A DNA stretch of 64,000 nucleotides from Octopus sinensis (lineage: Eukaryota), in the NCBI RefSeq assembly GCF_006345805.1, contig NC_042997.1:177072001-177136000 (forward strand). The letters run 5' to 3'. The notes below the pieces were generated by a model, which was not told the DNA's origin, did no database searches, and saw only the letters and a list, made by a program, of their open reading frames with translations. Numbering within the stretch: the first letter of the stretch is position 1; each line of letters starts with the position of its first letter. The position numbers were made by a program, and so were the translations under genes. Positions 26,106-38,400 of this stretch are shown one piece after another.

Positions 26106-26433
26106 TTATGGCTATAAAAGGGAAGTATCTTTTAGATGATGTCATTCGTATTGTTACACTCACACACACACATGTGTGTGTGTGTGACTGTGTGCGTGTG
26201 CGTGTGTCTATAGGAAGAAAGGGAAATGTAATAGAAATGTAAAATAGAAAGAATGGAAGAGAAAAAGTGTGCACACAGATACAGATTTTGCTCTTAATCT
26301 CTTATTTGCTCTAATCCTATATCATGAACATGTCGTTTGTAAAGCAGACATCTTTGAGAAAGGTGTGGGTGTCAGATAACATGGTATCCTAGACAGACAT
26401 GTAGAGATGCTGACAGGAAAACAGACAGGCACA

Positions 26434-26481
<48 letters not shown>

Positions 26482-26532
26482 TGATACAGCTACATACATA
26501 CATACATACATACATACATACATACATACATA

Positions 26533-26775
26533 GGCGTAGGAGTGGCTGCGTGGTAAGTAGCTTGCTTACCTACCACATGGTTCCGGGTTCAGTCTCATTG
26601 CGTGGCATCTTGGGCAAGTGTTTTTACGCCCCCGTAACTTAGCGGTTCGGCAAAAGAGACCGATAGAATAAGTACTAGGCTTACAAAGAATAAGTCCCGG
26701 GGTCGATATACTCGACTAAAGGCGGTGCTCCAGCATGGCCACAGTCAAATGACTGGAACAAGTAAAGGAGTAAAA
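26533..26775 (+). mobile_element. SINE group B with an internal deletion (head fused to tail)
   Basis: GGCGTAGGAGTGGCTG head to GGGCAAGTG, joined directly to the TTTACGCCCCCGTAACTTAGCGG...GGAACAAGTAAA tail. Confidence 0.88.
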
Positions 26776-27631
26776 TAGTATAGACATAAACACCACGCGC
26801 ACACACACACGCGTATATACATACAAATAGATATAGGTATAGATAGATAGATATATAGATAGGGATATACAGAGAGATGGAATAATAATAAGAGAGTGAA
26901 GAGATATGTCACCAATTCTGCAACTGAAAACACTCTAGATGTGCTTTTCTCCAGTCAATTTGTTGTATATTACATTGCCGTTTTTTTTTTCCGCGCTTTT
27001 GTTTCAACAATTCGAAATTCTTAAAATATTCAGTTTTTTTTTAATTTCTTTTTATTTCATGTTAATGGCAATATGCTGCTTCTTTCCACTGTTAGTTTGA
27101 GTGGGCGAAACAAGAATGTGTACTTATTTATATAAGTGCATACATACACTCACACATATGTTTCAAATGTTTGCTTCTTAAACTTATCTTACATTAACAC
27201 TTCTTTTTCTTTTAGGTTTGCTGGGAGATCAATCATTTTCAATTTTTCAGTATGTAATAGAAGTAACGATAAAAGTATTTCAAAGAGAACAGTATATTTA
27301 TCTTAGCATCTGCTAAAACTCGTGTAGGACTTTAAATAAATTATATGTTATTTGCATGGCTGTTTTGATTTACTTTTAGTTGTGCTCGTGACTGTATGTT
27401 TATATTTGCGAAGCAAACATTTCACGATTTTGTTCTTAATTTTAAGAGGTCTCATAAAGAAAACGGTAATTGATCAGATTTTCGTATGTAACCCCACCAT
27501 CAACAAATCATTACTTAAAACCGTAGGGAGTATAATTCTAGATGATATTTTGTCCAGCTTTTGCTGAAAGGAGCATTAGTTGAAATATATGTTTTATATA
27601 TGAAATATATGTTGCTAAAATACCCAAAGGT

Positions 27632-27850
27632 GGAGGCGCAATGGCCCAGTGGTTAGGGCAGCGGACTCGCGGTCGGAAGATCGCAGTTTCGATTCCCAGA
27701 CCGGGCGTTGTGTGTGTTTACTGAGCGAAAACATCTAAAGTTCCAAGAGACCCGGCAGGGGTGGGGTGGGGTGGTGACCCCTGTTGTACTCTTTCGCCCC
27801 AACTTTCTCTCACTCTCTCTTCCTGTTTCTGGAGTAACACTGCGATGGAC
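27632..27850 (+). mobile_element. SINE group D, 3'-interrupted
   Basis: GGAGGCGCAATGGCCCAGTGGTTAGGGCAGCGGACTCGCGG head; CTTTCGCCCAACTTTCTCTCACTCT body. Confidence 0.85.
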
Positions 27851-28432
27851 TGGCGAAATTTTGGAGGAGATCGACTCCAGTACGCAACTGGTATTTAATT
27901 TAACGACCCCGAAGGGATGAAAGGCAAAGTCGACTTCGGCAGAATTTGAACTGAGGTCGTAAAGACAGACGAAATACCGTAAAGCATTGCTCCCGACATG
28001 CTAACGTTTCTTATTTCTTTACTGCCCATAGGAGGTTACACACAGAAGGGACAAACAAGGACAGACAAACGGATTAAGTGGATTATATATCGACTCCAGT
28101 GCGTAACTGGTATTTATTTAATCGACCCCGAAAGGATGAAAGGCAAAGTCGACCTCGGCGGAATTTGAACTCAGAACGTAAAGTCAGACAAAATACCTAT
28201 TTCTTTACTACCCACAAGGGACTAAACACAGAGGGTTCAAACAAGGACAGACAAACGGATTAAGTTGATTATATATCGACCCCGGTGCGCAACTGGTACT
28301 TATTTAATCGACCCCGAAAGGATGAAAAACAAAGTCGACCTCGGCGGAATTTGAACTCAGAACGTAGCGGCAGACGAAATACCGCTAAGCATTTCGCCAG
28401 GCGTGCTACCGTTTCTGCCAGCTCGCCGCCTT
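27850..28432 (-). mobile_element. Array of three SINE-A copies
   Basis: Repeated reverse-complement SINE-A with junctions at ~28010 and 28186-28207. Confidence 0.9.
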
Positions 28433-28799
28433 ATCCTTTGGAAGTATTAACTAATCATGACATACTGTTAAGAACGGTCTGACTCTGTGAAGTGCAAATT
28501 GCTCTGAACGTCATAAATTGCATTAAAAACGTATGAACATCACAACGTTCTCTTCTCCCCTGAAGTCAATGATGCGGGCGGCTTACTGTTGGATATACAT
28601 AATTATTAAATGCCAACCGTTTGCATTTTTCCTATCTAATTACATCTTCGTGCTATAAATAAAATATTATATGATTTATTTCACAAACTAGCAAATCATG
28701 AGAGGAATAGACAATAGTGCATCAAACGATAGTTTAGAATCTTTCTATAATAAATATCAAAGCACACTCACATAAACACGCATGCGTGCATGGAGCATG

Positions 28800-28837
<38 letters not shown>

Positions 28838-29255
28838 TGCATATGCACACATTTTTCATGGGCAGCTTTGACTTTTTCTGTCTAAAAGGGCTTGGGCATC
28901 CCAATAATTAAATGGTCTTATTTATCGCTTTCTGTGTTTGCGTTGGGGTATTCTAAGAAAGAAAAAAACATTATTTCATTTCTTTTATGTTTTCCCTCTT
29001 TTATATGTTTCACTTGTTAGGTTGCTGCTGTGTGTTGCAGCACCATCTCGAATTTTAGTCGGACGAATCGACCCCAGTACCCATTTTGTTCTAAGCCTAG
29101 TCCTTATTCTATCAATTTCTATTGTTGAACTGTTAAGTCATGCGAATATAAACACAATAACACAGGTTGTCAAGGGGTGGTGGCTCACACACACACATGC
29201 GCAAACACACGTACACACACACACATACACTCATATATATATATATATATATATA

Positions 29256-29286
<31 letters not shown>

Positions 29287-29287
<1 letters not shown>

Positions 29288-29404
29288 CACGTGATCACGT
29301 GACCGACCAGACCATCAGATGTTGCTACACATCACTGGTCACAATGCGTTCGCATTGTTTTAGCCTTCGAATGACGCCACTCCGCTGGCTAAGCGAGCAG
29401 GCCA
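29287..29404 (-). mobile_element. Isolated SINE-D 3' tail (type 1)
   Basis: Reverse complement of 56340-56463. Confidence 0.85.
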
Positions 29405-29425
29405 ATATATATATGTATATATATA

Positions 29426-30708
29426 CAGGGGTTGGACAAAATAATGGAAACACCTAAAATTTTCAAACAAATTAATTTTAATAAGGGGTAGGACCGCCTT
29501 TGGCAGTACTTGCAGCTTGAATTCTATGATGTATGGACTCGTACAAAGTTTGAATTGTTTCCAAAGGAATTTTTGTCCATTCTTCAGCTAAAATAATCTC
29601 CAGTTCTTGTAGTGATGATGGTGGAGGATATCGACCCCTTACTTGTTTTTCTAAAATGCACCAAAAATGTTCAATAATATTGAGATCTGGGGACTGTGGT
29701 GGCCAGATAAGATGTTCAACTTCACTAGAATGTTCCTCGTGTCATTCAGTAACAACTTTAGCTGTGCGAATTGGTGCATTATCATCCTGAAAGATTGCGT
29801 TTTCCTCTGGAAACAGTTCTGCAACCATAGGATGAAAGTGATCAGATAAAATGCTTAAATAGTCTTGACTATTAATTCTTGTGATGATCTGGATATCCAA
29901 GATATCCAGATCATCACAAGATATCCAGATCCACCAAGATCATCACAGTTCCTCCTCCATGTTTAACAGTTGGAAGAAGGCAGTCTGGGTCAAATGCTTC
30001 TTTTCGCTCTTTCTACACGCATACTCGGCCGGTGATTGGAAATAAGGTAAATGATGACTCGTTCGAGAAAATAACATTCTTCCACTGCTTTAGAGACCAA
30101 TTCTGTAGGTTTTTACTCCATTCCAAATGCGTTGCAACGTTTGTGCTTGAAAGTAGCGGTTTTCTGATTGCAGCCCTTCCAAGAAATCCGGCTTTGTTGC
30201 AGCTGCCGGCGAACAGTTTTTGTGGAAACTGGGTTCTCGAGGTGGTCATTAAGCTCTGCAGTAATTTTGGGAGCTGTATTTTGTGATCCTTTCTAACAAT
30301 TCGCGTAAGAGTTTGACAGTCCCTATCTGAAAGTTTTGGTTTTCTTTCGGAGTTTTGTTTCGCGAAGAGGTTTTTCCCTCTTTCTCAAAGACTGTCTTTC
30401 GAGACAGTACTTTCGAGACAATACTTCTTGATACACCAAACATTTCGGCTGTTTTTGTTACGCTAGCGCCTGCCATACGAGCACCAACAACTTGACCTCT
30501 TTGAAAGTCCGATAGATCTGCCATTTCAATGAATTTTAATTACCTGATGATATCTGCAAAGAAACAGCAATTTTAGCAAAACATACTAAGCAACACTAAT
30601 CATAAATGAAAAAAAACATAAAAATAAACAAGCTTTTGACGGTTTTATAAATGTTTCAAAATTATGACGCTATGATGCTAGGTGTTCCATTGTTTTGTCT
30701 AACCTCTG
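29426..30708 (-). mobile_element. Near-full-length Tc1-like (DD34E) transposon, disrupted
   Basis: TIRs CAGGGGTTGGACAAAATAATGGAAACACC / reverse complement CAGAGGTTAGACAAAACAATGGAACACC with TA flanks. MADLSDFQRGQVVG, FSNESSF (first D mutated), IFQDDNAP, WPPQSPDLNIIEH. Confidence 0.95.
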
Positions 30709-30739
30709 TACATACATACATACATACATAGTAGATTAT

Positions 30740-30940
30740 ATGTGAATAGTAAAATTTCAATCTATTAAATGCTTCATAAAAATATATATGTCAAATAAAT
30801 ATTTCGATATAAAAGGTAAACATACTCATTGAAATAATACATATTGCTTCAATGCATATATTTGCCTTTTATATCGAAATATTTATTTTGCATATATATT
30901 TTCATGAACTATTTAATGGATTGAAATTTTGCTTTTCATA
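30740..30940. repeat. ~200-bp AT-rich fold-back palindrome
   Basis: ~100-bp arms about 85% complementary (AAATAAATATTTCGATATAAAAGG / CCTTTTATATCGAAATATTTATTT) with a loop of a few bases. Confidence 0.9.
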
Positions 30941-31102
30941 TATGGACTGATAACCCAGAATTTTGTCTCAAATCCAAAATCTTCCATAACATTCCAATAG
31001 CCTAATTTACTTTGAGTACTAAACAGTTGTGCTATATACGAAGTATAGTTCTCCCCATTCATTACACACACACACACACACACACATACATACATACATA
31101 CA

Positions 31103-31135
<33 letters not shown>

Positions 31136-31300
31136 GCACACATACACACACATATATATGTATGTATTATGTGTGCGTATGTGCGTGTGTGTACGATCGA
31201 AGAGACCTCAAAGAGGCTATTGTGTTAACCTGTATCTACAATTCTTGTATTATTTAGTAAAATCCACAAATAGAGTATAGTGACCTAGCCGTAAGGAGTG

Positions 31301-31342
31301 GAAAATTCAACGTTTCGGACAGAGTCCTTCTTCAAGGAAAAG
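31301..31342 (-). ncRNA. Penelope-type minimal hammerhead-like motif
   Basis: UUGAAGA-A-GGAC(ucu)GUCC-GAAA-CG-UU. Helix II is perfect, helix I is only ~3 bp, and position 3 is U. Confidence 0.45.
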
Positions 31343-31750
31343 TTGACAGAAGATAGATTATAGAGGCACAGCAGGGTTTTACATCCATTCAGTAAGTACG
31401 ATCTCACTGCGGGGAAACTTGCTTTGGTATTTCTAATGAAAGCCTTAATATCTTCTGAGTGAAATTGCGAAATCCCGACATATGTGGATGCGCCTGTTTT
31501 TGTATAAATTTTTATGAAATACATATTTAAATCCGTAAAAGAAAGTAACTCTACAAAGATCGTCATTATCATCAACATTAGGCAGCGTATGTTCTCAGCT
31601 ATTTGAATACCACACGTCCTCGAGGATTCATTCCTTTTTATAACTTTATATATCTGTTTATACATATACATAACCACGCACAAAAACGCACACATATATA
31701 ATGTTTACCTACCTACCTACATACATACATATATACATGCATACATACAT

Positions 31751-32303
31751 GGTGGCTGCCCCTTCGTTATCGAGTATGGTCATTGCACGAAGCTTAATCA
31801 ATGTTGTTATCGTGCAATGCCTGTGCAAGAAGATTTTTTTTAAAGTGAGGAAAGGCTGTGCACTGAGTCAATCCCACTCAATAAGCAACAGCGGCCATAA
31901 TCCGAAAAGAAGAACAAGTCAACATCATCGGTAACCATTGAGCCGCAGGTTTTATGTCGGAGTTATCCCAGTTACCTGAGTTACCTTCTACTAGAAGGAT
32001 GCCCTAACTAAGGCTAGGAGTCCTTCACTCCCAATGGTTTAACTGCGCGATCGGGTATTCAATCCGATTATTTCTATGTCCCCGCGCATGATACAGCCTT
32101 AAGACATTTATTGGATGGCCGTTGACTCTCAAGAGTTCCTCCGCCCTTTGACGGGTTTTGTTTTTCATCCCGCAGGGTGTCCAATAAACACCCTCCTCAC
32201 CAAGCAAGCTTGGTGGGGTTGCCGGTTTAGTCGCCGACGACCCGACCATGCAACAAATTGTACTGGGTTACATGTTACCAGTAGCACTCGAAAGTGACCT
32301 GAC
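31751..32303 (-). mobile_element. Probable non-autonomous RTE-derived element inside (ACAT)n
   Basis: No ORF. GC-rich with hairpins. Its end GACCATACTCGATAACGAAGGGGCAGCCACC followed by (ATGT)n resembles RTE 3' termini as I recall them. ACAT tracts on both sides. Confidence 0.5.
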
Positions 32304-32320
32304 GTACATACATACATACA

Positions 32321-32354
<34 letters not shown>

Positions 32355-35300
32355 GTAAACCAGCAAAAAAATACAGTAAACTTGCCGTGAGATAAGTTGA
32401 CAGAAAAGGAGTCATAGGGTGACAGCAGGGTTTTGACATCCTCTAAGTTGGGAAAATATTTTCTGATTGCTGGTAGGATTGAAGAATAAAGAAGTCTGCT
32501 TTGTAACCTATCCGCAATCAGAAAATATTGAACCACTAGAGGCATATTTGTTAATCACTGTGTATATGCGTGAAGTTTCTAACCAACTAGTTCATTCTCC
32601 TAAATTTTCTACTAGTCTTGCAACTTGCCTTATTGCGACTCTGACGTTACTAAAACTTGCTTCAACAATCCCCACAATTTCAAGTCAGTATGATGTCAAG
32701 TTGCTACGATGTGTATAATACGTCAAACTGATCGGAACCGAGAAATGCTCCAAAATAACCACTTAGTGATTCTAATCTTACATAGGTCAAAGCCACAGAT
32801 TTTGGAGAAGTGTGGTTAATCAACTTTATTGATCCTGGCATTTAACTTGTAATTAATTTCATTATTGACCTGAGAATAATGAAAGTCAAAGTCGACGTTG
32901 GAGGGATTTGAACTCAGAATTTGAAAGGACATCACTAATTACTGCAAAGTTGTTATATCGATTCTGTCAATTCTCCGTTGTTAATGATGATTGATGACAA
33001 AACAAGAATATTGAAGAACAAACGACTTTCGATTTGGTTCGGAATTGAGCTGGAAAGGTTAATTCAATATCCTGGTCTGGGTTATATTCAGTAAGTGAAC
33101 GTGCATTTGAATGAAGTAGTGGTGTTTGGAAGCAGTATTTTAACAATGTCGATAATGGGAGATTAAACAGAAGAAGAGAAAAACAAGAAAAGACGAGATC
33201 AATAAGGAAACGCTGAAAACTTTAATACATACCGTTCTTTCTCATGAAACAGGACTAATCTATACACGTTTGAAAGATCTCGAACAATATATATTGTTCG
33301 TAATCTCTCAATCGCTTCCTAACCACGAGAAAATAAAGCCCCCCTCCCATAGGATAAAATTATTGTGAGAGCTCAAGAATGGAAAGATTTCTGTGAGTGA
33401 TCCATTCTTACAATGCATATAAAATACCGGAAAGTCTAGGAAATGTTCTGTGCGTGTTTGAATTCTTTAATACAAATCACATATATTTTAACAAGTATTA
33501 AAGAAAAAAATTGTCATTTTGTAATTACTTCCCTAGAATTTCCACTTTCTTTTAGACGATTCCTGGATTCATGATTTTTTCGATGTTTCATCATTCAGAA
33601 TTCTGATGTCCCAATGCAATAAACTTAGGTTGCTATACGCACAACATTATCTCATATACAATCAATATAGCTAAAGCACAATTTACGTCTGGGTCAATAG
33701 ACATGGTTTATCATACCATCGATGAATAAAGTTATTTTATTTATACAAAACATTCCTTCTCTTACATATTCTATAGGTCACTCTAAACCTCTTTTGCATC
33801 AACAAACTAATCAATATCATACGCCTTATAATCCATAATTTGTTTTTATTACGCTGTTTTCGTTTTTTTTTGTCAATTTGAAGGTTCAATCGCCCACACG
33901 AAAATCGTTACTTCAATTGTATATAAAAATGTGGACGTTTAAACATTAACAGCACAACAAATGAATTTATAGTAAAATCAACAAAAAGATCACAATGATG
34001 ATTAAAAAGTATTGGGTTAACCCCTTGATACCAACTTACTGTTTAGAGCTAATAAAACAAATTCAAACAGTCTCAAAGCCTATAAAACCGCAAACGCATC
34101 TTTCAAATATTGAATTCTTATGAAGAATACTTTTTTATGTTATGCAGTAACGTATTTTTATCCTTATATCTGCGACACATATTCTGCGAGTGACATTAGT
34201 GTTATTATAATGGAACGTTGGAAAATGAAATATTAGCTGGAAGATGTCAGCTAAAATGAACCGATATTCGAAATGAATGACTACAATTAAGCTTTAGCGA
34301 TGTTAGGGTGATAATATGGCGAGTGAGACTGCGGGGAAAATGTTATCTAATTTATTAACTGAGATGATCTTCCACTACTTTTGCTACATTTTCCGGTAAA
34401 ACCTATACCATACTTTATAACCACTCTTCCATGCGAATGTTTGATCACCACAAGATAGTTATCCTTGCGTTAAATTGTTCAAGCCAACATAGTAGCTTCT
34501 ACAGCGTCACTCGATCTGCTGGACATAGCAGCTAATGTACATAAATAAAGGCAGTGAGCAGGGTAGAATTATATGCGAGCAAAAGGCTAAGCGGCATGCC
34601 TTTCAGCTCTTTACGTTCTCAGTTCAAATCCTGGAGTTCAAGATCAAATGAAAGGAAAGCCATCAAATAATATTCTAACGTTTTATTTTCAGCCATAGCA
34701 CATTGAATAATGTAATCCTATACATCCCTAAAAATATGGTATGATCCTGACTGGAATGCTGCTCCATCATTGGTTTGCTGGGTTAAAAAGTGACCTGACA
34801 ACGAAGACGACAACAACAACAACGAGACCAACCATATTCTCTGAATTAACATTAGTGAATATAGAAAATATATTCAGAAATTCGTATTTGATTCTCTAGG
34901 AAATGTTTGCTTTCCACTTATTTTGGTTTCATCTGAGATCTTTTGAGCGTCTTGCGTTTGGATGCCATATCGATCATTAAGGAATATGATCGTTTGTTAC
35001 AGACTGGCAATTACTGTTCTGGATCAGTTGCTATTTCTGACAATCTTCTTATCCTATAATCTTTCTGCTTGGTCCTGGCGTCTTAGTGAGTGCCCGGATA
35101 GCGTCGATATAGGCATAGAACGATTTATGCAATCGATAGTAGTCATTTTAAATGTTTTACTAAGCAAATATCGCTATAAAATCAGCGTATATTAGATTTA
35201 AAAGAAAATATATGCAATTTAGGGCACTAGTCTTGCCAATTCAGTTACCTACCTCTACTTCATATCCAGCATTGGGTTGATATTCTGTCTTAGTCAGTGT

Positions 35301-35369
35301 ATTATATCCATAACCAAAGTACCTAACACGGGATTGACTCAATCTACCGACATATACTCTCTCTCTCTT

Positions 35370-35565
35370 TTCTCTTTTACTTGTTTCAATCATTTGACTG
35401 CGGCCATGCTGGAGCACCGCCTTTAGTCGAGCAAATCGACCCCGGGACTTATTCTTTGTAAGCCCAGTACTTATTCTATCGGTCTCTTTTGCCGAACCGC
35501 TAAGTGACGGAGACGTAAACACACCAGCATCGGTTGTCAAGCAATGCTTGGGGGACAAACACAAG

Positions 35566-35599
<34 letters not shown>

Positions 35600-35770
35600 C
35601 ATATATACGACAGGCTTCTTTCAGTTTCCGTCTACCAAATCTACTCACAAGGCATTGGTCGGCCCGGGGCTATAGCAGAAGACACTTGCCCAAGATGCCA
35701 CGCAGTGGGACTGAACCCGGAACCATGTGGTTGGTTAGCAAGCTGCTTACCACACAGCCACTCCTGCGCC
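35370..35770 (-). mobile_element. SINE group B, full-length, with an internal (TA)n(TG)n tract
   Basis: Head, CORE-like GGCATCTTGGGCAAGTG, microsatellite, then tail. Confidence 0.9.
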
Positions 35771-35996
35771 TATATATCTATATTTGTCCTCTGAACAGGA
35801 TGCCGCTTCGTCATATGATCATTCGTTTTTGCCAACAAAGTCGACTACAGTAACATAAAATGAAATGTTTTACTAAAAAACAGTCCAGGTCATGAATCCA
35901 ACACAACTAAACACTAGGATAAACGCCCCCACAACTGAATAGTGGCTCGATGTAATTGAATGGCAAAATGTATATTAATATATATGAAAAATATAA

Positions 35997-36200
35997 GGTA
36001 GCGAGCTGACAGAATCGTTAGCACGCTGGGCAAGATGCTTAGTGGCATTTCGTCCGTCTTTACTTTCTGAGTTTAAATTCCGTCGAGGTCGACTTTGCCT
36101 TTCATCTTTTCTGAGTCGATAAAATAAGTACCAGTTGAATTCTGAGGTCGGCGTAATCGACTTACTCTCTCCCCTTAAATTACTGGCATTGTGCCAAAAT
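35997..36200 (+). mobile_element. Older SINE-A copy
   Basis: GGTAGCGAGCTGACAGAATCGTTAG...GAGTTTAAATTCCGTCGAGGTCGAC. Confidence 0.8.
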
Positions 36201-37319
36201 CTGATATCAATATTTATCAAAAATATATTGAAGTGGATCTGAATGTTCGAAGAAGAATTCCAACTGAGTAATATAAGACGCAAAAATAATCCTTTCCATC
36301 AATTATTCATTTTCTATTCCCGTTTCTTTCAATGGTCAATTCCGTCTATTTATGATATTTATATACATTTAATTACATTAAACGCATATAAATTTATATA
36401 CATTGAACTTCACCGGTCTTCAGAGGATAATGGAGTCTTTCGATAAGACATGCTTTTAACTCGGCAAGTTGCATTGTATATAAAATTCCATTTGCATTGT
36501 ATATAAATTCCATTTGTAGTTTGTCTGGCTGATATTCAGTTAAGGAGGATCAATTGCGGTCTTGATGGAAGTTAAAAGAATGGAGATAGTAAATAAATAG
36601 TTAATCAAAGAAGTGCCAATTAATGCATTCTAGCGGAGCAGCATAATTCAAAGATTTTAACTGACAAAAGAGAACATTAGCAAAATGGCTCTTGAATTTT
36701 GATATAGTTTGCAAACTAATGCAAGACTATTGCCATCTATGATTAAGCCTGTGAAGTTTATCACAGAGATTAATGTAACATAATTACTTTTCTTGACGTC
36801 TTAGTTACGGGATCAAGTTGTTAGTAGGTAGATCATTTTTGATTAAATAATGAATCAATCGCAAAAGCATTTGAAATGATTTAAACTCTTTCATTTCATT
36901 GTTAGAATCAATTTTAACCGAACTAGAGAATCTTTCAAGTCTCTGAATCCCAATTCTATTAGTTATTCTGCTTCCTTATCCTACATACTTCAACGATTTT
37001 TCTTTTGACTGCAGTAACGACTAAATTTGTATGGAAGGAAGGAAGGAGATAAATTGGTAATACAATGAAATCGATTTAATCAACGCTAATATATTGCTTA
37101 TTATTACCACTGTTGCATCGCTGAAAACGAAAATTCTCAACTTTTTTGTAAGTATTGATTGCTTTAAGGTTAAAAGTCTCTTCGCAGCAATGTGATTTCG
37201 AGCTCGATCTTGTTATGTGGCACCATCTGTTATTATTTTTCTACAACAGCCTTGGATCTACCAATCACTTATGCGCGAAATATGGTCGATAGATGTGCAT
37301 TGTGCAGAGGACCATATAT

Positions 37320-37387
<68 letters not shown>

Positions 37388-37536
37388 TGTATGTATGTAT
37401 GTGTGTGTGTGTGTGTGTATGTTTGTATGTATGAATCTATCTATCTATCTATTTATCTCTCTGTATATATATATATATGTATATATATATATCTATATAT
37501 ATATATATCTATATATATATATATATTATATATATA

Positions 37537-37659
<123 letters not shown>

Positions 37660-37660
37660 T

Positions 37661-38400
37661 CATGTCACGTCTGATAGAGCAAAAGAGGCACAAGAAGCAG
37701 CTGATAGAAATAACACCAAGGATTTGTACTCTTATGTTAAGGTGTTATATGGCCCAAAATCTTCAATAGCTCTAGTGAGCACAGAAAATGGGCGTTTGCT
37801 TCTGACTGAAACCGCTTCTATTCATAAGCGCTGGGTAGAACGTTTTTCTGCTCTTTTGAATTGACCATCATCCGCTGACATGAGAATGATAGAAAAAGTC
37901 GAACACCTTCCAGTTATTTAAGAGATGGCATTTGAACAAACTCTAAATGACATTTATCTAGCTGTGAATAAGCTGAATAACAATAAGTCTCCAGGGTCAG
38001 ATAGAATCTGTGCAGAAGTCTTGAAATATGGGGGTGACAAAATGTTTGAACTCTTAAATATATGAATTTGTTACTGTTGGAGAACTGAGAAAGTGCCTCA
38101 AGACTAGATTGATGTTATTTTAGTCTCCTTGTATAAATCGGGGCCAAAGGATGTGTGTGGTAATTTTCGTGGGATTTTGCTTTTGTCTGTGGTTGGAAAG
38201 GTACTTGCCTGTATTCTGTTAGAACGTTTAAATACCTTCATAGTTCCAAATATGGTGTCTGAGTTTTAGTGTGGTTTTCGCTCCTCCAGGGAATGTTTTC
38301 AATCTGATCAGACTGAAATTCAAAACGAAGGTTTTTACTTCACTCATTAGGGAACTCTTATACGCTGATGATTGCGATCTAATCAGTCATTCTGAAACTG
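37661..38400 (+). mobile_element. RTE-clade LINE fragment (EN-RT linker and RT), internally deleted
   Basis: [46 protein letters not shown], then LYADDCDL after a deletion. Confidence 0.9.

Noticed and set aside
32990-33096. Possible exon ending at TCA/GTAAGT
   Set aside because: Good donor but no clear acceptor, no recognisable peptide and no partner exons.
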